A DNA stretch of 64,000 nucleotides from Christensenella sp. UBA1385 (GCA_002305755.1 DBQV01000021.1:623-64622); one strand, 5' to 3'; numbered from the stretch's first letter, positions 37,622 to 47,024 are shown. Notes: a model not told the origin generated them from the sequence alone. Program-made: numbers and translations.

Positions 37622-38658
37622 TCCGCCTCATCACGCATAAAGGTAGAGCGGCCAATCCTTGGCAGCAGGCTGGCATTCTCCGCCAAATTGCCAACGCCCT
37701 CCGCAGCGCACATCATGGGATCCTTCGCCATGGTCACCGGCAGGCTGAGCTCGTTGGCCAGGTAGCGGTCCAGCCCATACAGGAGCGAGCCCCCGCCCAT
37801 CAGATAGATGCCCTTCCTGAGGATGTCCCCGGCCAGCTCCGGCGGGGCGCTGTCAAGCACCGTGCGGATGGCGGACAAAATCTGCTGGCAGGGGCCGTGC
37901 AGCGCCTCATAGATCTTGGTCGCGGTGATCTCCGCCGTTTGGGGCAGGCCTGTGATGATATCGCGCCCGCGAACCATTACCTTACGGTCTTCTTTGGGCG
38001 GCAGCGCCGTTCCCCAGTCGATTTTGATATCCTCCGCCATGCGGTCCCCGATCAGCATATTGTAGTCATGCTTCAGATAGTTCATCACGGCCTCATCCAT
38101 TTTGATGCCGCCTGTCATGATGGATTTGGAGCTGACGATGCCGCCGATGGAAATGATGGCCACCTCGGTGGTACCGCCGCCGATATCCACCACCATGGAG
38201 CCTTCGGGGGCAAATACGGGCAGACCGGAGCCAAGCGCCGATGCGAAGGGTTTTTCGATCAGGTGGATGGCGTTGCGGCGCACGCCCGCCGCCACGGCAG
38301 CCTCACGCACCACGCGTTTTTCAACCGCAGAAATGCGGCAGGGCACCGTGATAAAAGCGCGGGGCCTCACCAGATGCGACACGCCGATGGCTTTGCGGAT
38401 GAAAAAGCGCAGGATGGACTCGGTCATGTCGTATTCCTTGATGGTGCCGTCCTGCATGGGGCGCACGGCGATATCGCCGCCGGAGGTACGTCCGACCAGC
38501 GCCTTGGCATCCTGTCCGATCGACTTGATGGAGCGCTTCGTGCTGCCCGATACGATCAGCAAAGTGGGCTCGTCAATGACGATCCCCTTTTTCCGCACAT
38601 AGATCAGCGTGTTGGAAGTCCCTAAATCTATCCCCAGATCAGGCGCAATGATGGCCAT
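37618..38658 (-). CDS. mreB: Rod shape-determining actin homologue MreB
   Basis: DLGIDLGTSNTLIYV, VVDIGGGTTEVAIIS, GIYLMGGGSLLYGLD. Confidence 0.95.
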   Translation of the reverse strand: MAIIAPDLGIDLGTSNTLIYVRKKGIVIDEPTLLIVSGSTKRSIKSIGQDAKALVGRTSGGDIAVRPMQDGTIKEYDMTESILRFFIRKAIGVSHLVRPRAFITVPCRISAVEKRVVREAAVAAGVRRNAIHLIEKPFASALGSGLPVFAPEGSMVVDIGGGTTEVAIISIGGIVSSKSIMTGGIKMDEAVMNYLKHDYNMLIGDRMAEDIKIDWGTALPPKEDRKVMVRGRDIITGLPQTAEITATKIYEALHGPCQQILSAIRTVLDSAPPELAGDILRKGIYLMGGGSLLYGLDRYLANELSLPVTMAKDPMMCAAEGVGNLAENASLLPRIGRSTFMRDEAE

Positions 38659-38671
38659 ACACAGTTTCCTA

Positions 38672-39241
38672 TCAGATCAGCTTGATATTCGCGCGGTCAA
38701 GGAAGGCCTTGACCAGATGCATAGGCAGCCCCACCACGTTGGAGTAACTGCCTTCGATGGACGAGATATACATGCCTGCCCTGCCCTGAATGGCATAAGC
38801 CCCGGCCTTGTCAAAAGGCTCTCCGCTGGCCACATAGCGCTCCATCTCATCGGCCGGCATGGCCGTGAAATGCACGCGGGTCCCCTCCACTCCCACCTGC
38901 TCTTCGCCCATCTGGTCGATCAGGCACACGCCTGTAAAGACCTCGTGCCAGCCGTTTTCAAGCAGGCGCAGCATGCGCAGAGCGTCCTCGGCGTCCCTTG
39001 GCTTGCCCAGCACCTCGCCCCTGGCATAGACCAGCGTATCCGCCGCCAGAACGGCGCGGCCCGGATGCGTACCGCGAACAGCCCTTGCCTTTTTTATGGC
39101 GAGCTTTTGCACCACGTCCTGCGGGGCGCCCGTTTCACGCTCATCCACCTCGGGAGCAAACACTTCAAAGGGAAGACCGGAAAGGCTCAACAGTTCAAAC
39201 CTTCTGGGCGATCCGGACGCCAACACAATCGGTTCCTGCAA
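38672..39241 (-). CDS. maf: Maf-family nucleoside triphosphate pyrophosphatase
   Basis: IVLASGSPRRFELL, AADTLV, KAGAYAIQG. I place the start at TTG 39241, 6 nt after GAGGGGG. The track ORF starts 10 codons earlier, also on TTG. Confidence 0.85.
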   Translation of the reverse strand: MQEPIVLASGSPRRFELLSLSGLPFEVFAPEVDERETGAPQDVVQKLAIKKARAVRGTHPGRAVLAADTLVYARGEVLGKPRDAEDALRMLRLLENGWHEVFTGVCLIDQMGEEQVGVEGTRVHFTAMPADEMERYVASGEPFDKAGAYAIQGRAGMYISSIEGSYSNVVGLPMHLVKAFLDRANIKLI

Positions 39242-39346
39242 GATGTACCCCCTCAGCGCAGAGGCGCACAATAAAGTATATCATATTCAGGTCATTATCG
39301 GTAGCTTGCGTCTGATTTTCTTCATTTATTTGTCACAAAGCCGCAA

Positions 39347-40135
39347 TCACTTTGACCGCAGCGCGGAGCCGATGCCAAAAAAGCGTATGGCATTTTCGCA
39401 GGTCAGGTCAGCCATTTCCTGCTCGCTCATGCCTCGCAGTTCCGCCAGCTTTGCGCATGTATGCCGGATGAGGGATGGGTCATTCCTCTTTCCGCGCATC
39501 GGAACAGGCGCAAGATACGGGCTGTCCGTCTCGATCAGCAGCCTGTCAAGCGGCACCGCCTTCGCCGCCAGCAGCAGTTTTTCCGCGTTCTTAAATGTAA
39601 CAGGCCCGGCGAAGGAGATATAAAATCCCATCCTGACATATTCAAGCGCGCTCTCCGCACTGCCTGAAAAGCAGTGCAGCACCCCGCCCGGGCGGCCGTC
39701 ACCGAGCGCCCGCAGCATGTCGATCATATCTCCGTGCGCGTCGCGAACATGCAGTATCACAGGAAGTTCCATTTCCCGCGCCATGTGAAGCTGGCGCAGC
39801 AAAACTTGCTTCTGCAGCCCACGCGGGGAAAAATCATAGTAGTAATCGAGCCCGATCTCCCCTAGCGCCACGGCCTTTTCATCCCCAAGGAGCTGTCTCA
39901 GTCTCTCTTCCCAGGTTTTTTCCGCCTTTGCGGCCTCATGTGGATGAAGGCCGGCCGCCGCATAGAGAAACCCGTACTGATGGGCCAGTCCGATCGATCG
40001 CTCGGAAGATGCGATATCGCTGCCTACCGTGACGCAATAAACCAAGCCTTGCTCAGGCAAGGCTTGTATCAGTTGGTTTCTGTCTTCACCGAAGCGCTCA
40101 TCATCCAGATGGCAGTGCGTATCAAACAGCCGCAT
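39347..40135 (-). CDS. tatD: TatD-family metal-dependent hydrolase (YabD-like)
   Basis: MRLFDTHCHLDD, LGEIGLDYYY, HCFSG, IETDSPYLAP. 1-nt TGATG overlap with the metG stop. Confidence 0.9.
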   Translation of the reverse strand: MRLFDTHCHLDDERFGEDRNQLIQALPEQGLVYCVTVGSDIASSERSIGLAHQYGFLYAAAGLHPHEAAKAEKTWEERLRQLLGDEKAVALGEIGLDYYYDFSPRGLQKQVLLRQLHMAREMELPVILHVRDAHGDMIDMLRALGDGRPGGVLHCFSGSAESALEYVRMGFYISFAGPVTFKNAEKLLLAAKAVPLDRLLIETDSPYLAPVPMRGKRNDPSLIRHTCAKLAELRGMSEQEMADLTCENAIRFFGIGSALRSK

Positions 40136-42114
40136 CAGCCGATCTCCGCACCCGGCTGCATGGACACCTCGCAGCCCAGCAGGCTGAGCTGCGTTCCATC
40201 TTCCGAAGCGGCGCTCAGCAGCATCCCCTGAGACTCAATGCCCCGGATCTTCCGCGGGGCCAGATTGGCCAGCAGCACCACCTGCTTACCCACCAGATCC
40301 TCGGGCTTATAGAACTTGGCGATACCTGACAGCACCGTCCGCTCCTCTTTTCCAAGGTCCAGGCGGAACTTGAGCAGTTTGTCGCTCTTGGGTACGGCCT
40401 CGCAGGCCAATACCCTGGCAAGCCGCAGATCCATCTTCGCAAAATCGTCGATCGTGATTTGCGCCTTATCGGGCTTCTCGTTCTCCTTTAATTCAATCTT
40501 CTTTTCAGGCTCCTTCTGCGGGACGGCCTGCATGGCATGCTGCGCCTCGGCCAGCGCCTCCAGCTCCTTGCCGATCTCCACGCGCGGGAAAAGTGCTTCG
40601 CCCTTCTTCACGCTGAGGCCTCCGGGCAGCCGGCCAAAGCTGCCGAGGGACTCCCAGGTCTTCAGGTCAGCATCATCAAGGCCCAGCTGCTCAAAGATTC
40701 TGTCAGGGGTGGATGGCATCACGGGACCGATCAGCACGGCCACAAAGCGGATGCACTCCGCCAGCACGTACAGTACCGTGGAGAGCCGTTTCCTGCCGCT
40801 CCCGTCCCGGCCCAGCACCCAGGGCTGCGTCACATCGATATATCGGTTGCTTTCGCCTATCAGTTTCCAGATCTCCTGCAGCGCCATGGAGAACTGCAGG
40901 GCATTCATCTGCTCCTCCACCGCGCCAGGGAGCGCGGCCGCGCGCGCGATCAGCGCTTTGTCCACATCCTCAAACGGTCCGGGGGCGGGGACGTCGCCGC
41001 CGAAATACTTTTCGATCATGGCCACCGTGCGGCTGACCAGGTTGCCCAGGTCGTTGGCCAGATCAGCGTTCATGCGGGTCAGGAAAGCCTCGTTGGTATA
41101 GTTGCCGTCGCTGCCGAAGGGCATTTCGCGCATCAGGTAGTAGCGCAGCGCGTCCGCACCGTATCTGGCCACAATCGGCTGGGAATAGACCACATTTCCC
41201 TTGGACTTGCTCATCTTGTCCGCGCCGAAGAGCAGCCAGCCATGCCCGAACACCTGCTGCGGGATGGGCAGACCGAGCGCATGCAGCATGATGGGCCAAT
41301 AGATCGTATGGAAGCGCATGATCTCCTTGCCCACCAGATGAACCTGCGCGGGCCAGTAGGCCCTGTACAGCTCGTCATGATCCGTGCCCCAGCCCAGCGC
41401 CGTGATGTAATTGGAGAGCGCGTCGATCCACACATAGATCACGTGCTTGGGGTCAAAATCCACCGGGATTCCCCAGGAGAAGGAGGTTCTGCTTACGGAG
41501 AGATCCTGCAGCCCGGGCAGCAGGAAGTTTTGCAGCATCTCTTTGGCGCGGCTCGGCGGCTGTATGAAATCGGGATGGGTCTCAATATAGTCGATCAGCC
41601 AGTTCTGATACTTGCTCATGCGGAAGAAATAGCTTTCTTCCTTGACGAGCTCGGTCGGCCTGCCGCAATCAGGGCAAAGGTTGCCTTCCAGTATCTGCGA
41701 GCTCGTCCAGAAGGCTTCGCATTGGGCGCAGTATTGCCCTTCATAGGAGCCCTTGTAAATATCCCCCTGGTCGTACAGCTGGCGGAAGATCTTCTGCACG
41801 GCCTTCGTGTGGCGCTCGTCCGTCGTGCGGATGAAGTCGTCATACTGCACGTTCATCAGCTTCCAGAGCGCCTTGGTCTCCTCCACAATGGGGTCGATAT
41901 ATTCCTTGGGGCTTACACCGGCCTTCTGCGCGCTGCGTTCGATCTTCTGACCATGTTCATCGGTCCCGGTGAGAAAGTAGGTGTTGTAGCCCGTCAGTTT
42001 TTTGAAGCGCACAATGCTGTCCGCCGCCACCGTGGTGTACGTGTGGCCGATATGCATGTTGCCGCTGGGATAGTAAATTGGGGTCGTGATATAAAAGCTC
42101 TTCTTCTCCGCCAT
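40135..42114 (-). CDS. metG: Methionyl-tRNA synthetase with a C-terminal tRNA-binding (EMAP/Trbp111-like) domain
   Basis: HIGH motif (PSGNMHIGH), KMSKS, a CxxC...CPDC zinc knuckle, and a C-terminal OB fold (DLRLARVLACEAVPKSDKLLKFRLDLG). I place the start at ATG 42114, 7 nt after GGAGGG. Confidence 0.95.
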   Translation of the reverse strand: MAEKKSFYITTPIYYPSGNMHIGHTYTTVAADSIVRFKKLTGYNTYFLTGTDEHGQKIERSAQKAGVSPKEYIDPIVEETKALWKLMNVQYDDFIRTTDERHTKAVQKIFRQLYDQGDIYKGSYEGQYCAQCEAFWTSSQILEGNLCPDCGRPTELVKEESYFFRMSKYQNWLIDYIETHPDFIQPPSRAKEMLQNFLLPGLQDLSVSRTSFSWGIPVDFDPKHVIYVWIDALSNYITALGWGTDHDELYRAYWPAQVHLVGKEIMRFHTIYWPIMLHALGLPIPQQVFGHGWLLFGADKMSKSKGNVVYSQPIVARYGADALRYYLMREMPFGSDGNYTNEAFLTRMNADLANDLGNLVSRTVAMIEKYFGGDVPAPGPFEDVDKALIARAAALPGAVEEQMNALQFSMALQEIWKLIGESNRYIDVTQPWVLGRDGSGRKRLSTVLYVLAECIRFVAVLIGPVMPSTPDRIFEQLGLDDADLKTWESLGSFGRLPGGLSVKKGEALFPRVEIGKELEALAEAQHAMQAVPQKEPEKKIELKENEKPDKAQITIDDFAKMDLRLARVLACEAVPKSDKLLKFRLDLGKEERTVLSGIAKFYKPEDLVGKQVVLLANLAPRKIRGIESQGMLLSAASEDGTQLSLLGCEVSMQPGAEIG

Positions 42115-42142
42115 CTGACATCCCTCCGTTTCAAACAAAAGC

Positions 42143-42172
42143 ATTATAAGGTCCGCGTTCATGAAAGGTCAA
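42143..42172 (-). promoter_or_regulatory. Candidate promoter for metG-tatD
   Basis: On the minus strand: TTGACC (42172-42167), 18 nt, TATAAT (42148-42143). Confidence 0.55.
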
Positions 42173-42212
42173 GCAAAGGCAGCGCCGCCGGAAAGTTTCC
42201 TCGGGCGCTGCC
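42170..42212 (-). terminator. Hairpin terminating the hydrogenase sensory operon
   Basis: On the minus strand: GGCAGCGCC...GGCGCTGCC followed by TTTGCTTG. The U-tract is weak. Confidence 0.45.
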
Positions 42213-42227
42213 CTTGCTCATGCATCT

Positions 42228-43655
42228 TTACTTCAGGTTCACCATGGAAACGGCGTCACGGATCGTCTTTTCCAGTGCTTCGCGGCCGTATTTGTCCACC
42301 TCGTTTTTATTCTTGTCGCCGTGCGTCAGACAACCCGCACCGCCGATGCATCCATGCACGCAGGCCATGCCTTCAATGAAGTTACCGTCCAGCGCGTTGC
42401 TTCTCTTTCTGAGCAGCGCCATCCGGCATTCCTCGATTCCGTCACAGGGAACGGGCTTAAACTCAAAGTTTGTCAGCCCCTGCTCCTTAAGGCCCTGAGC
42501 CACCGCATCGGTCAGGCCGCCCGATCGGGCGAAGATGCGGCCGAAGTAAGAGGCATTTTCGAGTATCTCCTCATCCAGCTGGGTGATGTCCATGTCCACA
42601 CTGTCAAAAAGTGCCTGCAGCTCTTCAAAGGTCATCACTGCGTCCACATAAGGCTTCACGGTATCCTTCTTCGCTTCCATCTTCTTGGCCGTGCAGGGGC
42701 CGATGAAGACGACCTTAACATTTTCATCGATTTGCTTGATGTACTTGGCCAGCGTAGCCATAGGCGAGAGATTGTGCGAAATGTAACCCGTCAGCGTTGG
42801 GAAGGATTTGTGAACGTAGTCCACAAAGGCCGGGCAACAGGAGCTCGTCAGGAAGCCCTTCTCTGCCAGTTCCCGGCTTTCGGCCTGAGCCACCATGTCC
42901 GCGCCGAGGGCGGCCTCTACAACGGTGTAGAAGCCCAGCTTTTTGAGTCCAGCGATCACCTGCCCCAGCCTGGCATAGGTGAACTGGCTGGAAATGGAGG
43001 GAGCGACCATGGCATAGACCTTGAAAGCACCGTCCCTGCTCTTTTTCAGCATGTCGATCACATTAAGGATGTAGGACTTGTCCATGATCGCGCCAAAGGG
43101 GCACTGATACACGCAGGCCCCGCAGGCGATACACTTCTCCCGATCGATGGTGGCTGCCTTATCCTCGTTCATCGCGATGGCTTTCACCTTGCAGGCGCTC
43201 TGGCAGGGGCGCTGGCGGCTGACAATGGCGGTGTAGGGGCATACGCGCGAGCAGGCGCCGCATTCCACGCACTTGCTTTTGTCGATATGCGCCACATGCT
43301 TCAGATCAAAGGTGATGGCTCCTTTACGGCAGACGTCCTCACAGCGATGAGCCAGACACCCGCGGCAGGCATTGGTCACCTCGTATCCGCCGTCCGGGCA
43401 CTCGTCGCAGGCAATATCCAGCACCTCGATCACATTCGGATTGTTGGCATTGCCGCCCATGGCCAGCTTGACGCGCTCGGCCAGTATGGCCCGTTCCTTG
43501 TAGACGCAGCAGCGCATGGTCGGCTCCTTGCCCGGCACGATCACCTTGGGAATGTCCAGCACCTGCTCCAGCAATGTATCGTCCCAGGCCCTGCGCGCCA
43601 CCTCGCGCAGCACCTTGTATTTCAGATATTGTACCTTGGTATCAAACTTTCTCAT
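42228..43655 (-). CDS. [FeFe]-hydrogenase catalytic-subunit-type protein with intact H-cluster motifs and N-terminal FeS domains
   Basis: H-cluster motifs L1 TSSCCPAF, L2 GPCTAKKME, L3 EGMACVHGCIGGAG. Two ferredoxin-type CxxCxxCxxxCP motifs (CVECGACSRVCP, CIACGACVYQCP) plus an extra N-terminal Cys cluster. As I recall, the N-terminus resembles monomeric group B enzymes. This was not verified. Confidence 0.78.
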   Translation of the reverse strand: MRKFDTKVQYLKYKVLREVARRAWDDTLLEQVLDIPKVIVPGKEPTMRCCVYKERAILAERVKLAMGGNANNPNVIEVLDIACDECPDGGYEVTNACRGCLAHRCEDVCRKGAITFDLKHVAHIDKSKCVECGACSRVCPYTAIVSRQRPCQSACKVKAIAMNEDKAATIDREKCIACGACVYQCPFGAIMDKSYILNVIDMLKKSRDGAFKVYAMVAPSISSQFTYARLGQVIAGLKKLGFYTVVEAALGADMVAQAESRELAEKGFLTSSCCPAFVDYVHKSFPTLTGYISHNLSPMATLAKYIKQIDENVKVVFIGPCTAKKMEAKKDTVKPYVDAVMTFEELQALFDSVDMDITQLDEEILENASYFGRIFARSGGLTDAVAQGLKEQGLTNFEFKPVPCDGIEECRMALLRKRSNALDGNFIEGMACVHGCIGGAGCLTHGDKNKNEVDKYGREALEKTIRDAVSMVNLK

Positions 43656-43665
43656 TCGCCGCTCC

Positions 43666-44838
43666 TTAAAAATAGCTGACCTTGATGCGCTTGCCCATCT
43701 GACGGAGGCACGAGGACAGTTCCTCCACCAGATTCATCTTGATGTTGAAGTTAATGGGCAGCTCAGGGTTCTGGTGGGCGGGGTTGATGGCTCTGCCCAC
43801 GTAGAAATTGATGTCCGTAGCTTCCTCAAACAACAGCCGCGCGATCATGGACGCGCCATCGTGCCTGTAGCACCACTGGCGGTAGCTTTCGTTGTCTTTC
43901 AGATAATCCCTGGCATAGCTCAGCACCTTGTTGATAGTGATCACGCCTTCAGTCACCAGGTCGGCCCCCTCCAGCTCCGCCGTCGGCGGCACGTCGGATG
44001 CCTCAAAGCGCAGGCTGGGCCTCAGGGGCTTCCCCAGATACCTGGCAGCAACGGTGGATGTCGTTCCGCCTGAAATGATGTGCTTGCCTTCTTTTGAAAA
44101 AAACAGCGCCATCATACGGTCGGAATCATCCCTGTTGGCGGAGGGGCCGAACATCAGGTTCATCGGCACCCGTTTTCGGATGCGAACCGCGCAGCAGGTG
44201 GCATCGTCTCCCGGCTCCTGCCCATAAAGCTTGTTGCACTCATCGATCAGCATGGTGGACAGCGTCTTAGCCGTCACGCTGCCGTCGTACATAGTCTCCA
44301 GAAAGCTGACGATGTCCTCTCTCTTCCAGCCAAAGTTGAGTGTCTTTCCGATCCCGGCGTGGAGACAGCCGTCGCTCATAGCCACCAGAAGGTCGTTCTC
44401 CTGCAGCTTTATGCTGGAGCGACAGATCCTCTTGCCACCGATGGACATTTCAATGCTTGGGTAGTCATAGTACGCTCCGTCGCGCAGCATGATGATCCCG
44501 GGGTTATCATACTGGATCAGTTCTGCCACATCGTTATCGATCAGATGAATGATGGTGAAGGTGGAGTAGGCCACCCCGCGCACCGAGCAGATCGGCAGTG
44601 TGGCGGCGATGGTGTTGACGCAGTTTTCTATCGTCAAGCCCTCTGCCATCATCGTGGATATGATCTTTGCCGTCAGAGTTGAAAGTATGCTTGCTTTCAC
44701 CCCACTCCCCAGCCCATCCGCCAGTACGATGACCGAGGAATTCTCCCCCTGCTCCACCACATCCACATGGTCTCCGCAAAGCTGTTCTCCCACGTGGTTA
44801 ATGCTGCGGTAGCCAATATCGGCGCACAGGTTATTCAT
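43666..44838 (-). CDS. SpoIIE/PP2C-family serine phosphatase with an uncharacterised ~200-aa C-terminal domain
   Basis: The N-terminal half has GEQLCGDHVDVV, VLADGLGSGVKASILS, VAMSDGCLHAG and DDATCCAV (PPM metal-binding Asp residues). The C-terminal half has no motif I recognise. Confidence 0.78.
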   Translation of the reverse strand: MNNLCADIGYRSINHVGEQLCGDHVDVVEQGENSSVIVLADGLGSGVKASILSTLTAKIISTMMAEGLTIENCVNTIAATLPICSVRGVAYSTFTIIHLIDNDVAELIQYDNPGIIMLRDGAYYDYPSIEMSIGGKRICRSSIKLQENDLLVAMSDGCLHAGIGKTLNFGWKREDIVSFLETMYDGSVTAKTLSTMLIDECNKLYGQEPGDDATCCAVRIRKRVPMNLMFGPSANRDDSDRMMALFFSKEGKHIISGGTTSTVAARYLGKPLRPSLRFEASDVPPTAELEGADLVTEGVITINKVLSYARDYLKDNESYRQWCYRHDGASMIARLLFEEATDINFYVGRAINPAHQNPELPINFNIKMNLVEELSSCLRQMGKRIKVSYF

Positions 44839-46507
44839 TCACGATCGACTCCTTCAGCTTGCTGAGGGCGATCTTGGTTTCCGCCGCTGTCTCGCCCAGA
44901 AGAGAGGCGATCTCTTGCACGACCCGCATCTGCTTCTCCACCACCCGGTCGGCGATCTCTATCGTCTTTTGTTCGATGCTCTCCTTTTTGTGGCGCTGAA
45001 GTTCTTCATCCGTCACATCCCGCAGGATGCAGATCAGCAGATGGTAGTCCCGGTCATAGACTACGGTCTGTTCCACATACTTTCCATATTCTGCCAGATA
45101 GACCCGCAGATCCATTACATTGCGCCCGGTGGTCAGCACATCCATGAATACCTTGGGATCCAGGATGCGTACCACCCTGTCGCCCAGTATATCGGACGCC
45201 ACGCGCAGATTCATCAATCTCAGGGCCGCCTGATTGATCTGCTGCACCTCCAGCTTCTCATTGAGAACGATAAGGCCATTGGGCGTGTTGCTGACGATGC
45301 TGTCCGAAAAGCTCTCCGCCTTTTCCTTCAGAAAAGGCAGGCACATGGAGATATCCGCTTTGCCCTGATAGATGGCAACAGCCTTTTCCCTGCAGGTGTC
45401 GTATCCGCAGGAACCGCAGTCCAGTTCATCCTGCGCACGAAACTTGCCCATTTGCCTGAGTATGGCGGCTATCTCCTGCTCCCCTGGTTTAATCGCCTCA
45501 GTTTTCATCGGCTTGAAGGGCTTGAGCAGCATGCCGCTCTCAGGTTGTTCAATCGGGAAATCTTTCTTCCCCGCGAATCGCGACACGGTCAGCGCGTCCA
45601 TCACCGGCGAACGATGGTACTTCTCCATGATGGGTCCGCCGATGCAGCTGCCAACGCAGGCCGACATCTCGATAAAGCAGCGGTGGATCCTTCCCTCCCG
45701 CAGGTCCTTCAGCGCAGCGATGCAGTTGTCTACACCGTCAAATGTCAGGTAGGTGTAGCCCGGCGCGTCCTTTGCCATGGACCGCAGAATACCGCCGGCA
45801 GTAGGAAAAAAGCGTGCGCGGCTGTTCTCATCAGAATCCTGCTCGGCCTCGATGGCAATGCCTTTTCCCGCCAGCCAACGGCTCAGCTCCTCAAAGGTCA
45901 GCACTGCGTCCACCAGCCCCGAAGAGTGCTCCCCCTCGTCCTTCTTGGCGACACAAGGGCCAATAAATACAGTTTTTGCTTCAGGCATCCTGCGCTTGAT
46001 ATCCTGACAGTGCGCCTGCATGGGCGAAAGTATGTTCGCAAGGCAGGGAAGCAGGTCGGGAAAGTATTTCTGCAGCAGCAGGTTGATAGCGTGGCAGGAC
46101 GAGGAAATGACCACATCCCTGCCTTCCTCTCTGAGCATGCGGTCATACTCCCGCTTGACCATGGTGGCGCCAAGCGCCGTCTCCTCAACATCAAAGAATC
46201 CCAGCGCCCTGATGGCTTTTCGCATCGCGCCGATTCCGGCGCCGTTATAGTTTGCCACAAAGGAGGGAGCCAGGCTTACGATGACGGGCGCTCCGCTTTG
46301 CAGCAGGACCCTGGCCTTCTCAATCTCGCCGGTGATTTCTTTGGCATCCTGCGGGCAGGCTACGAAACACTGACCGCAATAGATACATTCCTCATGGATG
46401 ATGTAGGCCTGATTGCCGGAAAAGCGGATGGCCTTCACCGGGCAGTGCCGGATGCATTTGTAGCAGTTTCGGCAGTTGGATTTTTTAAGCGTCAGTACCT
46501 TTGTCAT
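44831..46507 (-). CDS. hydS: Putative sensory [FeFe]-hydrogenase (HydS / group C type) with a C-terminal PAS domain
   Basis: N-terminal 2x[4Fe-4S] ferredoxin domain (CRNCYKCIRHCP, CIYCGQCFVACP). Divergent H-domain motifs: L1 SSSCHA, L2 GPCVAKKDE, L3 EMSACVGSCIGGP. An accessory C-x2-C-x4-C-x16-C motif (CGSCGYDTCREKAVAIYQGKADISMC). A PAS-like segment (NTPNGLIVLNEKLEVQQINQAALRLMN...). A coiled-coil tail. Confidence 0.8.
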   Translation of the reverse strand: MTKVLTLKKSNCRNCYKCIRHCPVKAIRFSGNQAYIIHEECIYCGQCFVACPQDAKEITGEIEKARVLLQSGAPVIVSLAPSFVANYNGAGIGAMRKAIRALGFFDVEETALGATMVKREYDRMLREEGRDVVISSSCHAINLLLQKYFPDLLPCLANILSPMQAHCQDIKRRMPEAKTVFIGPCVAKKDEGEHSSGLVDAVLTFEELSRWLAGKGIAIEAEQDSDENSRARFFPTAGGILRSMAKDAPGYTYLTFDGVDNCIAALKDLREGRIHRCFIEMSACVGSCIGGPIMEKYHRSPVMDALTVSRFAGKKDFPIEQPESGMLLKPFKPMKTEAIKPGEQEIAAILRQMGKFRAQDELDCGSCGYDTCREKAVAIYQGKADISMCLPFLKEKAESFSDSIVSNTPNGLIVLNEKLEVQQINQAALRLMNLRVASDILGDRVVRILDPKVFMDVLTTGRNVMDLRVYLAEYGKYVEQTVVYDRDYHLLICILRDVTDEELQRHKKESIEQKTIEIADRVVEKQMRVVQEIASLLGETAAETKIALSKLKESIVNE

Positions 46508-46772
46508 GGACAGCCTGCCTTTCCATTATCGTCGTTTGCAGCACCTGCGATGCGAAAAAATCGCGGAAGTTTTCCCGTGTAATGTCCGTATGCACCACGC
46601 CGTCCACCGACACCGTCACGCCTCTTCGGTTGCACCTGCCCGTGCAGAAAGATCCGCTCAGGCTCACCGAATCGTTCAGCCCGTTGCGCTTCAGCTCCTC
46701 CTCCGTCATATGCACGATTTCGGGCGCGCCCTTCAGGTAACAGGAGCTGCCGACGCAGATTTCAATCTTCAT
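46485..46772 (-). CDS. Thioredoxin-like [2Fe-2S] ferredoxin (NuoE/HndA-like fold), copy 2
   Basis: MKIEICVGSSCYLKGAPEIV...GSFCTGRCN, a C-x4-C...C-x3-C pattern. It overlaps the hydS start by 23 nt. Confidence 0.7.
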   Translation of the reverse strand: MKIEICVGSSCYLKGAPEIVHMTEEELKRNGLNDSVSLSGSFCTGRCNRRGVTVSVDGVVHTDITRENFRDFFASQVLQTTIMERQAVHDKGTDA

Positions 46773-47014
46773 GCCCTGAGCCTCGCAACCACCTGCTCCT
46801 CAAAAAAGCGGACAACGCTATCCGGCGTCACCGAACAGAAGGTATCATCCGCTTTCACGCACACGCCTTCCTGACACCTGCCCATGCAGAATGTGCCGCC
46901 AAGCTCAACCCGATCGCTGAGTCGATGCTGTTTTAAAAGATCCTGAAGTTTTTCCACCACTTGCCTTGCCCCTTTCACATGGCAGGAGCTGCCTATACAA
47001 ACCGTGATCTTCAT
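46769..47014 (-). CDS. Thioredoxin-like [2Fe-2S] ferredoxin, copy 1 (paralogue of the next gene)
   Basis: MKITVCIGSSCHVKGARQVVEKL...GGTFCMGRCQ. I place the start at ATG 47014 after GAGGGAG. 4-nt overlap with copy 2. Confidence 0.7.
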   Translation of the reverse strand: MKITVCIGSSCHVKGARQVVEKLQDLLKQHRLSDRVELGGTFCMGRCQEGVCVKADDTFCSVTPDSVVRFFEEQVVARLRA

Positions 47015-47024
47015 CTTTTCTCCC

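Noticed and set aside
40537-42498. 653-aa plus-strand ORF over metG. Similar long antisense ORFs occur at 44915-46582 over hydS, 17368-18780 over gcvPA, 16466-17608 over gcvPB, 36656-37765 over mreC, 32048-33166 over minD/PBP2 and 30726-31979 over rodA.
   Set aside because: All are antisense to genes with clear family signatures and show the biased composition of GC-rich non-coding frames. None has an SD/start arrangement or any motif.
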